DNA from: Azolla caroliniana
Taxonomy: Eukaryota > Plantae > Polypodiophyta
Assembly (NCBI GenBank): GCA_043228905.1
Contig: JBHGNT010000020.1
Span: 9,610,001 to 9,674,000, forward strand
Length of the DNA stretch: 64,000 nucleotides
Reading direction: 5' to 3'
Shown piece after piece: positions 47,181 to 60,756 of this stretch (position 1 is its first letter; the number at the start of each line of letters is the position of its first letter). Position numbers and translations under genes: made by a program. A model generated the notes under the pieces. That model searched no databases, was not told the origin of the DNA, and worked only from the letters and a program-made list of their open reading frames with translations.

Positions 47181-50015
47181 TATATATATAAATGTAACCT
47201 CATTGATATGCCATCATGTGTGTGTTTGTGTGTGGAAAAACATGCATGTGTGATTTTCTACTTTAGAAGCTGGCAATATCAAATGACTCGTCACAAAAAT
47301 ACCATACATAATAGTCTATCCAATCCTGAAATTTCAATTTGCCAACCTCTCTTAGAAATGAGTGCATATGTATGTATGCATGCATGTAGACACCTGGACA
47401 TGGAGGCATCTTTATGCAACTTCTCATGTAACGGATGTATATCAATTTATGTGAGGCAAACAATTGTACATATGTTTGATGTCATGGACGCATTTCATTT
47501 CGATCTCAAAATGATGTTCCAAGTCTCCACATCCCAAATGAACAATTTTTCCTAATATGATGGAGTTATGTGCCTTCGTTTATTTTCTTATATATAAATT
47601 GTAATAGAATGCATAGGAAGGCTTCAACATATGAAATGAGGAAACATTATTTTCAAACAAATAAGAACATTTTCATGATAATGATTCGGTTGAAAACTAT
47701 AGTACACATGACATGCGCGAACATGATTTAAGGTTCATCATGCAAGAGCTCAATAGTTGACATTGAGAAAGATACAAGTTCCAAATGCTCGAGCTTGGGG
47801 TCCTCATGTCAAATCATTTATGATTCTCTCGATTGTCGTCTAGTTGAATGGTTCCTAGCCTACATGTAGATTTTAAGTTGCAACATAATGTTACCTACGA
47901 GAATAATATACGTTTGAATCACTTCATTTCTCGACATTTTTGAAACACATTGTAAAACAAATGTACCTTGTCGGCCCCTTCAACTCATATTTTTCTTGAT
48001 ACACTTTGTGATAAGTCCATGCACACCATTTCTTAATCATAAGTCTTGTGATGTAATATTTCATAGTATTAAGCTACCAACAATGCTCAATGATGCATTC
48101 AAAATAGTTATTCAAATACAACATTTCAAAGTCTACACTTTTTTAGGGATATATATATTTAATTAAAGTATGTATTAGTTCACTAGTCTTGTCCTACCAT
48201 TGGATGGTGTTCCTTAAGTGTTAGATTAAATGGGTCATGTTATAGTTTAGTCTACACAAATATGCTAAACAAGCTTACGTGCGATTTAGAGGAGAAAATA
48301 AATGTAAAGTAATAAGTTCCAATGTTCATGTTGAGATACAATTTGGGAGTTATGATAGTATTTGAGGACAATAATGAAAAAAGGAGATGTCAATTTGTAG
48401 ACAAAAATGGGGGGTTATAAGAAAAAGGGAACCGTCGAACAATCCCCCAAAAAAGAGAAGTGTCTTTATAAACAAACTTGAACCCATGTGGTTCATCGAG
48501 GCAAGTAGGCCCACAAACACTAATATGCCCACTTCGCCTTTACTAAGAATATTCCCTATATGAAAAGTTTGCTCCATTATTTTGTATTCTAATTCTACTA
48601 TCCTAAAAACACATTTTCATATTCTATTGGAACTTGCAAAATGCGCAAAGCCTTTGAGCACGAACAATGTAATGTTTTTTTCTTAATTCCAAGAATCAGG
48701 ATTTGGGTGCATAAGAATTTTACGTCATGGTCTGGGTTAAAAGGAATTCGATTTAAATTTGAAACTATTTGAAATTTCATGTGTATAACTTATAGAGACT
48801 ATCAATTTTAGATTTTGATGATGAACACAAATTGTATACTTTAATACTGCAACATTTCATTATTCATCCGATAATTGATGCGTGGATTAAAGACATGAAA
48901 CCTTCAATGTCCAAATCATGAATAATGTAAACATTTGCATGAAAGGATATACAACATCCTCTAACGTGTAGTTCTCAATGTTAACATTGATGGTCATGAC
49001 ATTACAATTCAAATTGAGGTTTTACTAAGCTTTATACAAAATGGTCATGTCATTAGGCTACTAATCTCAAATATGGTATGATTTTCAAATTTGTAAGCAA
49101 GAAGAGAACATTTATATATTTATAAAGGATTAGAGGCATTATATAAGTTCGGGATGAAGTTGAATACTATCACATGTTGCACATGTAGAAAGACCCAACA
49201 TAGTTGACCAATCGTCAACGGAGATGAAAATGTACTCTTGAATGAAAATTTATGTTTGCAATCAATACTTGATAAGATAATTAATATTGATCACCTAATT
49301 TGTTGATGTAATAATGAGAATAAATTGCAATGCACAATATAGTCTACTATAATGTCAACATCCAACGCTACATTTGAATGCTTGAGTTTGGATTATGCAT
49401 ACATGTGGGTGTGCATATGGTCGCAAATCATGAAATGGCAAAAGGGGCAATTGATCTTCAAAATCTTGCCTTTGATGATGTTTTGTGAAATATGGTGAAA
49501 ACGGAGCACATAAATGAAAGATTAATTATCTAATCGTCATTTACATAGGATTAATCACATTTAGTTGTGATAGACAATGATGACCAAGAAGAAGCATAAA
49601 AGGTTATGGGTGCAAGGGAATGCATGGAAGGAGTTAATATTTTTTTAACATCCATGGAGACTACGGTGTGTATTTGTATTATGCATCATAGCCTTCATGG
49701 CACCGACACATCACCAAATACTTAATAAATTGCGACATTCATTTATTGTTAAGTGATGTGTGAATGCATGACACTGCTATAAAAAAAGTCATAAGGATCA
49801 TGAAGCATTGAAAATAGTGTGGCAGTAGTATGATCTTCGTTGTGCTTGACTCTAACAAGGCTCATGCTACGACGAACATGCCAATGGGCATGCTGCTAAT
49901 ATTATTCTTCTACCTAGAAGAGAATAATAACCGTTTGAACATAAGAACCATTCAACACCTTTGACTCAACTAATGTAAATCAAAGTGGCAATGTAACTAC
50001 CTTTAAAAATTTACA

Positions 50016-50018
<3 letters not shown>

Positions 50019-50075
<57 letters not shown>
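50019..50075. repeat. (GA)n tract upstream of AHL (potential BBR/BPC GAGA site)
   Basis: Direct reading; BPC binding is inference. Confidence 0.9.
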
Positions 50076-50076
<1 letters not shown>

Positions 50077-50676
50077 CTTTAACAAGTTGGGTGGGAGATT
50101 TTGTGGTGCTCACCGACGAACAAGTTCAGTGTTGCAAGCAAGCACTTAGATTCGAAAGTCGTCGCAGAGGAAAGAAAGGTGTGAGTGAGTGATTGGCTCT
50201 GGTGCTAGGATGGATTGAGTCACCATGCAAAGAAGACGTAGGATGGTGGTGCATACGCTTGCATGCTCTTTGACACTCTTTGAGCAGGGGGTGGGGAGGG
50301 CAGGGTAGAGAGCAAGAGTATGTGTGGTGGGATTGTTAACCTAATTCATGGGGGGGGGGGGGGGGGGGGGGGGGTAAAGGGTGAAAGTGTAGTTTAATGA
50401 GAGGGTTGATAATGAAGGGTATAATAATAATATAGTGTTGAAGTAATTGTTTGAAACTTGAATGTTGGTTTGGAACTCATGCTCCCCCCCCACCAAAATG
50501 AACCAAGATCAATGGATTGATGACTATGGATGGATGGATATAATAATATACATACATACATACATATATATATTTATATATGTATGTACATATATATAAA
50601 CATTTATTCCAACCTTCCTTCTCAAAGACCTTCTTTTGTTCTTGTTTCACTTTGAGTTCATTTTCTTTAGTGTTAT

Positions 50677-50686
50677 TATATAAATA
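50677..50686 (+). promoter_or_regulatory. Candidate TATA box of the AHL gene
   Basis: TATATAAATA followed by AACCCTAA (50762) and pyrimidine-rich Y-patch-like tracts. Confidence 0.4.
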
Positions 50687-51457
50687 CATGCATATATGAT
50701 TACATGTGTATGCATGTATGCATTTACACTTTTGCTTCTCCTTTTCATGTGATCCTTTTTCAACCCTAATGAGAGAGGAGGTGGATTATAATGTTTTTCT
50801 TCTTCTTTCTTCTTTCTTCTCCCCATTTTTTGTTTTTTTTTTAAAAAAAAGCTTCCTAATTTTGGTAGCACTCTTTGTGCTTTCTCTCTCTCTTTCTCTC
50901 ACACATTGATCCCAACTCTTGCCCCTCCCTCATGCTTTCTTCCTCCTCAACTTTGGTAGTACCATGGGGGGGCATGGAAAGCTTGACATAATAAGTAAGT
51001 AGTAAGGGATTGAATGAATCAGCATCCATCACCCAACCCATGCAGAGCAGCAGAAACAGTAGAAGTAGTAGTAGTAGTATATCATCTCATGTAATTCTAG
51101 GGTTCAACGTCAGTCATTAATACATTGGCTTTTGGAACCAACCAAAAAACAAACTCAAATGGTAACACCATATGTATTGGTTGTGTAACACTAGTGTAAC
51201 TAACAACTTACTACTATCTGATGAGCATGGTCATGATGTGGATGGTTGTTATAGGTAGATAGTATTTGTAGATACATATAGTGATGGGATTTAAACATGT
51301 GAGTGATGATGAGGAGGAGGAGGAGGAGCAGGAGCAGGAGATGGAGATGGAGATGGAGATGGAAATGGAGGATATGCAGGAACAGGAGGAGGAGGAGGAG
51401 GAGGAGGATTAAATTAGGTTAGAGAAGTAATTGCAGGTAAAGTAGGCAGATAGTTAT

Positions 51458-52957
51458 ATGGCAGGGCAAGGAGATCATCCTCATCACCATCACCATCATC
51501 ACCTGCATAATCACCATAGACAACCAGGATCCAATAACAGTAACAACAACAACAACAACAACAACAACATGACATTAGCTCCTCATTTAGCTGCTGCTGC
51601 TGCAGCAGCATCATCTCCTGGGATGTTCATGAGAGATCACATCTTGAATCACAGCCATGCCAACAATCTCATGAACCACCATCACCATCTCATGAACCAT
51701 ACCACTCCTGGCAGTAACCCTAGTGTGGCTGCTGCTCTCCCACCTAGCTCCCTCAATCACCATCTCCACCATGGCGGCTTCAACCTCCATAGCCATAATC
51801 ATCACAATCACCATACCAACCAAAGCAGCAGCAATACTCCCACCATGGCTACCAACAACCATAACAATCACCTGCAACATGGGGGGGGGCATCACAGTAA
51901 TATGCAGCAGCAGAATCGTGGCAGCAGCGGAGGAGGAGGAGGAGGAGGAGGAGGAGGAGGAGGGGGAATGCATTCGGATGATGATGATGGGACTAGCGGC
52001 GAGGGGAATGGAAATAACAGTAAAGCTCTGGTGGCCGCGGGCGGCGGCGGCGATGACGGCGGCGGCGGCGGCGGAGGAGGAGGAGGCGGATCGATGGGGG
52101 ATGATGGGCCCAGGCGGCCACGTGGGCGGCCGCCGGGGTCGAAGAACAAGCCGAAGCCGCCCATCATCATCACCCGGGACAGCGCCAACGCGCTGCGGGC
52201 CCACGTGCTGGAGGTGGCGGGCGGGTGCGACGTGGCGGACAGCCTGGCGGCCTTCGCCCGGCGGCGGCAGCGCGGGGTGTGCATCCTGAGCGGGAACGGG
52301 ACCGTGGCCAACGTGACGCTGCGTCAGCCGGCGGCGCCGGGGGCCACGGTGACCCTGCACGGACGCTTCGACATCCTGTCGCTGTCGGGCGCCTTCCTGC
52401 CGCCGCCGGCGCCGCCGGGGGCCACGGGACTCACCATCTACTTGGCCGGGGGACAGGGCCAGGTGGTCGGGGGGAGCGTCGTCGGCCCACTCATGGCCTC
52501 TGGCCCCGTCATCATCATGGCCGCCTCCTTCCTCAATGCCAGCTACGATCGCCTCCCGCTGGACGATGACGACCACATGTCTCACCATCATCATCATCTT
52601 CTTCATCATCATCATCAAACACCACCACCACCACACCAGCCGCAGCCGCAGCCGCAAGCGGCGCTATCTGGCGGCGGAGGAGGCGGAGGCGGAGGAGGAT
52701 CCATAGGCCAGCTGGCGTCGCTCTCCGCGCAGCTGCTCTCAGGCGGCGCAGGGATCATGGAGTCGGTGGTGCCACCGTTTAATTCCGGGAACGCCGGGAA
52801 CGTGAATAGCAACAGCATACCTCTCTTCAACGTGCCGCCGAATCTTCTGGCCACCAATGGCGGCGGCGGCGGCGGGAATAACCAACTGCAGCCCGACACG
52901 TATGCGTGGGCGGCGGGTAACGGCGGCGGCGGCGGCGGCGGCAGACACCCATTCTAA
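51458..52957 (+). CDS. AHL: AT-hook motif nuclear-localized protein, clade A / type I (single AT-hook + PPC/DUF296), intronless, 499 aa
   Basis: [19 protein letters not shown]-hook; [51 protein letters not shown] domain; uninterrupted ORF. Confidence 0.96.
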   Translation: MAGQGDHPHHHHHHHLHNHHRQPGSNNSNNNNNNNNNMTLAPHLAAAAAAASSPGMFMRDHILNHSHANNLMNHHHHLMNHTTPGSNPSVAAALPPSSLNHHLHHGGFNLHSHNHHNHHTNQSSSNTPTMATNNHNNHLQHGGGHHSNMQQQNRGSSGGGGGGGGGGGGGMHSDDDDGTSGEGNGNNSKALVAAGGGGDDGGGGGGGGGGGSMGDDGPRRPRGRPPGSKNKPKPPIIITRDSANALRAHVLEVAGGCDVADSLAAFARRRQRGVCILSGNGTVANVTLRQPAAPGATVTLHGRFDILSLSGAFLPPPAPPGATGLTIYLAGGQGQVVGGSVVGPLMASGPVIIMAASFLNASYDRLPLDDDDHMSHHHHHLLHHHHQTPPPPHQPQPQPQAALSGGGGGGGGGGSIGQLASLSAQLLSGGAGIMESVVPPFNSGNAGNVNSNSIPLFNVPPNLLATNGGGGGGNNQLQPDTYAWAAGNGGGGGGGRHPF

Positions 52958-55900
52958 ATCTCGATTAACAGCCACCTAATTTATAATTTGATCCAAGTAA
53001 TCCATCCCATCCCATCTCATCCAATCAATCAAATTATTAATGTTAAAATTTTTATCATTTCCAGAGGAAGAGGAGCACAAGAACCGAACAAACAAACAAA
53101 CAAACAGAAGGGAAACAAAAATCACAGCACACAATAGAGGGAGCACTGCGAAATTTTTAATCAAATAAATTTATAGAAGTTAACTACACGGCTTCATTAA
53201 TCAATCAATCAGACAATCAAATCAATTTAAGGGGCTTCGCTGATTAATCACATTCTTCTTCTTTTAACTATCACAGAATTTGAATCATTGGGATCATTAA
53301 TCATTCTTAATTAATTAATCCATCAGATTTTCCTTTTTATCTTTTGCTTTTCCTCTCGTTTTGCTTTTTGCTTTTTCTTCTTTCAAAGTTCAAACTATAT
53401 TAGCCACGTCAAGACTTAATGGCAACAGGTCGTGAGCTCGAAACCTGCCATTGCCTCCGTCTCTCTCTCTCTTAACCGCCACACCCAGGAAAAAAAAAGA
53501 CTCAAAACACCTATGAACACCAAAGAAAGAAAGTAAAAGAAAGGCCCTTTCTTTTTCTTTTAATAATAGTATCGATCGAAATACAGTGATTTAGACATAT
53601 CTTCTTCTTCTTCTTTTGGTTCCTCACTAGTAGGTAGAGTGGACTTTCCACACTTTTCTATATATACATATAGTAAATAATAAACAAATTTTACATTGTA
53701 AAAACAACACAAATGCTAACTATCAATTTGAGTGCCCATTCCATTGAACCACTAAGCCAATCCTCTCTTATGTATCTTGCCAAATTGCTGATTATGTGTG
53801 ACACCACTTCCATCATTATTCCAAGCCACAATTCCAAGGATATCCTCACTCCATGGTCACCATATACATCTCTAAGTGTTGAATTGTAGTCTAAAATGAT
53901 TAAAGATTGAGATTGACACCCATCAATGGTCGTCTCTCTTCATTTGCATCATGAATTGTATGCTTTACTACCAAAGCATGGTCCAATGTACCCGAATGTT
54001 CCATCGACGCATCTACAACATGCATGTAATAGAAGTATACACTAGAGGTATTGTACACACTAGGGTAGTGTATGGTAACTTATCCATGTGTCTCAGTCAA
54101 ATGTAGACTTGAGGCTTAAAAAGAGGTTTATCATGCACCATATTGGGGGCTTAAATTTTTATTTGATGCACTAATTGAAGTCTGCGGAGAGCTTGATAAT
54201 GCCAATTTCACATAAATAGATTCTTGAATAGGTTCTAGAAAGGCTATCAATCAAAGTTGTTCCAAGGATGGGCATGGCACTAGGAATCACTAAATCTAAA
54301 TTTATGTATCTAGAGGAAAGTTTTCATTTGAGATTTTGGAACTAGGAAGGACAGAACAAAGGAACAAGAGTGAACAAGGATAGAAATGATGAAGCAACAC
54401 ATTGGATTCGAGTGTGAAAGAATCAATTCATAAGAGAAACAAAAAAATAGATAATAGGACCAAGATATAAGGTATTTGATCCACTAATCTCTTGTACTCA
54501 AGTTGGCACTTTTGCCACTTGGCAAAGAGCATTGCCCCATCTTAGTGCAAAGCTTATCAATACATAATGTGATTTTGATAATTACATTTAATGAAGATGT
54601 GCACCATTGTCTCAATGCAATATATGTACAACCTTCTTCTCAATGAAGACAGTAGTCGTGCCAACATGAACATTGATCTAACATTTGTTTAAAAAAAATT
54701 GAACTTCCAATTGGTGAGCACTGAGATATGCATGGGTGGATTTCAATAATTCATGATGATTATGGTAGTATTAGTGATGTCGACAATGTTCTAGCATTAA
54801 CATATTTATCAAGGCTTTAACCTATGAGATTCACATGTGTGGAATGAAGAAAGTTATGGTAGTGGTGTGGTAATAACGGCCTCAACAACGTTCTAGGGTT
54901 AAAATATTTATCAATGTTTTGATTGGTGACATCGAAATATTGGAGTTAAGCAAGTTATTCTTGAGAAGTAAATCTAATTCCCCGATCACATTGAGATGTT
55001 CCTATTCAAGAGTTTGAGGATATATTTGAAGAATTTCAAGAAACGTGAATATGAAGACACAAACAACAATGTGTTTGGAGTTGAGCAATTTGGGTCTTGG
55101 AAACTCAAACCTGAACCAAAAGATTCCCCTTCATAGTTCCTATATGTATATAGCTGGAGGGTACGAGGTTGTATTGACATTTAATTCCTAGACGTATCTT
55201 GGAGGATAATGGAAGACATTTTACATAATGTTTGAAGAATTTGAATGAAGATCAATATAAAGGCACGTATAACAAGGATTATAAGGAGGGATACAAATTG
55301 ATTGTGGTTTAGGGTTTTGAAGTTTATGAGAGAGTAAAATATTCATACAAATATCTAATAGTCAATTATTTTGCAATGTGCCAATTTTTGTTTCTCTTGT
55401 TTCGTGAGGTATTTTGGTTTATGTTTGTTGTTCGAGTGTGTCCATTGGGGCAACATACACAAGTGTGTCCATTCATGCAATATATACACGTTATGCGCAA
55501 GAACAATTGTTGGTATAGAGTTTTTGAACAGTGTTGCTTCTTCACCCATTTGTCTAAGCATAATATTCTTTCTCTAGAGCCTTGAAGGATGTGTATTTTT
55601 CCCTTCTCATGTACGTATACAGTCCAAGCGAAGGCGGAGGTCTCGTTCTTCTTAACCTCTTCGTTTTAGGTCTTAGAGTCACATCACCAGAAATGACTTT
55701 CAACATCTCAAGGTGATGCATTGTTTTGCATACAATTAATTTACCACACTTAGATGACAATATGTACTATTTATCTCAAGGGCAATTCTTGTGAACTTTG
55801 ATTAGGTTCTAGGGATTGAACTTCCATTATCTAGGTATTTGAAACTTTGCTTGGATATGAGATATAAAAGAGTCAAACGATGAATATGAGGGCATAAGAA

Positions 55901-58323
55901 ACCTTTAAGTTAAAGCATGCAAGAAATTTAATAGGCAAACATGTCACGAGCACAAGGTATTTTTACTATCCTTTTTGCTTGTCATGCCTTCTAATTCCTC
56001 AATGTGTGTATGTACATAACGTTATTTTTGTTAAAAAGAAATTTATAAACTTGATGGTACAATGGTAGCAACGCGTTTACTATTACATTCATGTTTTTAC
56101 TTTGAGATCATTGGAGTAGCAATCAACTATCTCTTTTTCTCCTAAAAAACGTTTGAGATTTCATTTTCCACACCCATGAGTTGAAAATGATAGCACCGCT
56201 TTAAAAAGATAGTGCTAACAAATGTAACCTCTCTCTCTTAGGCAATCATGAACACAACTTGAGTTCATCATGATGATTAGCTATGTGTCACTCATTAATT
56301 TTCAATATGACTAAGATACAAAAGCTACCAACTCATATGGACATGTACATGAAATCATGATGATACATACACGGAATTGTCGAAGGGGTAATTGTTGAAA
56401 ACGACGTTTCATTGTCCACATTGACGATGGTCATTCTTTTGTTCAATCACCTTTACAATTGTGGTGGTCATATCTATAGTAATATTAGCGACCAATTATC
56501 TAGCCTTAGCTCGGGCCTCCAAAATCATTGCAGCCATTTCATCCATATTCTTCTCCAAAAGGGGCTCCTATGTTAGAGACAAGTAATGATAGCAAAAACT
56601 TGAATACCCTTGGCATTTAAATGTACCCACTTCATGCACGCTCATTGGGGATAAATTCATGATAGAAAGGTTAAGTATTATGATTGTTTACCTTACATTT
56701 CTTTCTATGTATAATAGAGGCAACTCACCCAAGAGTTTATATGCTAGAGAAACAAGTGATGAAATAAACATATTGATAGTATGTATCACATTCATATTTT
56801 ATGTTGATTCATATATTATTTTATCTACCCATGATATATGAAAAAAGAGAGATGTATCTAGACATAGACAAAATAGGATCTAGAATTTGAGGAGAAGAAT
56901 AGGAGATCAAATGTGCAATTCTTGTTTGGGTTTGAGACATGGAATTCCCATTTATATGGAATGCATAATATGATGACCATATTTATTATAGTTTTTATGT
57001 ATTTCTAGCGTCACCAATAAACGAGGTAAATTTACATACTTTCATCCTTGCTTAGATTTGCATATCTTATTGTTTGCCATCTAGTTTTTAAGTTAGTGGG
57101 TTCTATTGGAGATATGATCAACAATCTTTGCCATATTTTTTTATTTTTTTTAAACTACACCATAGTTTCCATTACCAAAGCAATAAGCAAATACAAGCCT
57201 ATAATGATACAATTTAGTGGCGGGTAAGACATCCCCCATTATGTTCTGATTGAAACCAATCTCCACCTATGGAGGGAACAACCATCATGGGGGTACATAT
57301 TGCCATCCCATTTTGTCATTTCCCTCCACAAAAACTAACAAATCCTTCCATTTGCCTTTAAAGGATTGTTGTTTCAGAAAAATCATATCTTCATTACCCG
57401 TGAAGGAGTCAATCTTTGCCATATTGCACACCTTTGTTTCCACTCAATGTCTTTTTATTGGAGTACACACCCTTTGCTATGTTGCACACCTTTCGTGCCA
57501 CTCATGTGATCCACATAGATGCATGGGTGTTAAGCAAGCTCAATTTAATAACACCTAAGGTTTATATAGAGAAATGAGTCGCCCAACGTAACAAATGTCT
57601 CCCTTTCCAACTTATACCTTTAAAGCACAATATTACATGACTCAAGTTGCATCATATACCCATCACCAATATATGTACGATGATAAGTTTATCATACAGG
57701 AGCTTCTGTACATGGTGTTATATTTTTACTTAGGGTTATGCGTCATGGCATGGAACAAAAGTACAATGATAACAACTTAGCAATAATGTCGTAGAATGTG
57801 TAATATTTGTTTGCTTTGTTATTTGATCCTCACATATACATTAATATTACATGTAAGATTGAAATATGTGGTGTATTTGTCCTTAATAAAGATGCATTCT
57901 AATTGTTAACCCTCGTCAATATGTATACCTAATAATCATTGTTAAATATGTTCAGGAATCTAGAAAACATTTCCCATGTTTGCATTCCATATCGTTGCAA
58001 GTATGAAACTAGTATTTGATGTTATTGCAATACAATCGTTGTAAAATATATGTCTACAACGCCACTTATTCTCTTCCACATCATATGTTACATGCAAGGA
58101 TATACTTTGATGTGGATCTTGCAAGCCAACGTCAAAAAATGATGGTATTGTAGTTCAACTTATTCCACGTGGATGCCACAAAATAGTCTCCTTCGTTTAA
58201 TCTTTAATGGATTTGTTTGTAGTTCACTTTGTCGTGTTGGTTGTCTAATTGGAACTCAAGTCTACATCAATATCTAGTCAAATGGTCATCCATGTATGTA
58301 TTTTATGTAGTTATATATATATA

Positions 58324-58335
58324 TATGTATGTATG

Positions 58336-58371
<36 letters not shown>

Positions 58372-58400
58372 TGTATGTATGTATGTATGTATGTATGTAT
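58324..58400. repeat. (TATG)n microsatellite
   Basis: Direct reading. Confidence 0.95.
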
Positions 58401-60542
58401 GGTGCGTGTACATATTTACATATTCATTGCTTCTTGTTCATTGACATTCTTCATTATCATTGCCTCAATAAGACATATCAACTTAGTGTTAAATCTTATG
58501 TCACTAGTAACTACACCAAGCAACCATCCTTTTTTTTGCTAGCAATAATCTAACATACATTTCATCAATCATTCATCTCGAACAACTTGTATCCCTTGAA
58601 ATGATGGCATTTGAAAATTCGCTTTTCATGACCTAAGTGTCAATCATAACATCCTTGGTTTTTTTGACATAATTTGCATGAAGCAATATAAAACTTGAGT
58701 AAGTATTCATCTTTTTATTTGAGATAATTAGTAACACTTTTCTCATAACAATATGCACTTCAAATTGATTCCACAACAGTAGCATATTTTAGTTTCATAT
58801 CATGTACACGCATTTCACAAATACATCATCCTTGTTGTTTGTGACCGTGTTCGTTTACACATGTTGTGAAGGAACGACTTTTCAAAATTGCTTTCCACCT
58901 CCTAAAGTGTTAAAAAACTATTTTTGTCATTTCCGTTTGAGACATGTACGCTAACACTTCACTCTCAACATTCATCATTTTAGTTTGTGATCATGCACAC
59001 TAACACTTTTCTCCTACGAAATGTCTTTTCAAATCCACTTTTCAAGACCCAAAGGATTGAAAGGTATCACATTACCTTTTGAAAGATGATGCCGAAAATA
59101 AATAAAGCACACATGTTTTGTTTAGAATGGAATGAAAGAAGGAAAATATTACTGACACATTTCAATTTTACCATTCTTTATTGACTAAGGTCTCTCCTAT
59201 ATACTTATATACAAAAATAGATACTAGGGATATTAGTGATATCATCCCCTACATGAGTTAGGGGTATTTACGACACTTTCCTCGTATTAATTGTACTCTT
59301 CCTACTTATGTGTTGTTGCGGAGGAGTTTTTAAGTTTTCATGTCTCGCTTGTTGTGGGTCATGACAATAGCAATGGCAATTTGATACTTAAAACTTACAA
59401 ACCTCTTGTCAATGTTTTTCAATTATCTCTAAGAAGCTTCCATTTATGGGGAAAAATGTGTGTAGCATGAATAGAAAGATGATATGAAGTACAAATACAG
59501 AACGAATGTTGAAGTGAAGTGATTAGGAATTAGATGACATGATAATCCTGAAGTTTGAACGTGCTACAAGTTTAATAATTTACATGCATGTTTTGATAAC
59601 TTTTTTCAACATGTAGGTTTTATAAACTATTATGATGAAAAAATGGATGTGTTGAATGTGTGCTTATGTCAAGGTGTCTCGGAAATTCCAACATTTAAAT
59701 AAGTATAGGACATAATACTAGAGACTTATTAACAAGGCACAAGTACATAAAAGCTCACAAACATTGGCAAGCATTTAAAAACATGTAGTTGTGAATATTG
59801 TAAGCAATACCATCATCAATATACCATACCGCGTAATTAAGAATTCATCAAACATACACACTTCAACGAGACATTGACCAATCATGACTTTACATTATCA
59901 GATTAAGAAAGTTGAATATATACCAGTTCCGAATTAAGATGATATGCATGTATTTTCCAAATTCCTATGACATACGTGTATTTTACCCCCACCCAGATCA
60001 TGTACAATTACACTTCATTGGCATTTTTTTCCTCCAAAAAATTAGCTTTACAAATATACTTTAGACAACATGCTACATAGCCCATAGGGTGATTGACAAA
60101 ATGGAATTTGAAAACACATTCAAATAGCTTTGTTGCCCAATGTTTGAAATCTCCCGACAATTGTAATAGAGTAGAAGGCAGACAACTAGAAATGATATCA
60201 ACAAATGAGATTCACTAAATTTGAACCTTGGCTAACCAAACCTATTCTTTTGGCCGATGGTGTTCCTTGACAACCCTTTGCAAAGAGCTTTACACATATG
60301 TATGTACACATACACGTACACATAGACATATTTGCAACAGCACATACACATACACATAATTAGATATAAAGCTATATAGCCAATATAAATAAATAGATAA
60401 AAAGAATAAATACATATGTATAGCCAAGCATGTATTTCAATAAACAAAACGAGAAATGGCGTCATTTCAGAAAAACAAATAAATAAATGAAAAGATGCTT
60501 TTTCAAAATATATTTTGAATTTGGTTCTATCTTCCGTCTCGT

Positions 60543-60550
60543 TTTCCCGC
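60543..60550 (+). promoter_or_regulatory. E2F binding site TTTCCCGC
   Basis: Exact TTTSSCGC consensus ~155 bp upstream of the CKS ATG. Confidence 0.6.
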
Positions 60551-60608
60551 TCCTTTTTTTCCGCAGGAATAAGAAGAAGAAATTCTTACGTTCATTCCTT
60601 TCTAGGTA

Positions 60609-60628
60609 TAGGGTTAGGGTTAGGGTTT
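60609..60628 (-). promoter_or_regulatory. Tandem telo-box / (TTAGGG)n motif
   Basis: TAGGGTTAGGGTTAGGGTTT, i.e. AAACCCTA-type telo-box on the minus strand. Confidence 0.7.
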
Positions 60629-60703
60629 CCTTTCTCTCTATCACACACACACACACACACCCCGATCCATATCGTTTCCTTTAACTTTCGTTCAAGCTTC
60701 GCC

Positions 60704-60756
60704 ATGCCACAGATCCAGTATTCCGAGAAATATTTCGACGACGTATACGAATACAG
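60704..60756 (+). CDS. CKS1: CKS1 coding exon 1
   Basis: GCCATG context; donor AG|GTGCGT. Confidence 0.93.

Noticed and set aside
51611-52657. 348-aa antisense ORF (and other overlapping frames) over AHL
   Set aside because: Shadow of a GC-rich, trinucleotide-repeat-rich CDS; no recognisable domain.
53418-53452. Small imperfect hairpin in the AHL 3' region
   Set aside because: Short bulged stem, compatible with chance; too short for a miRNA precursor.
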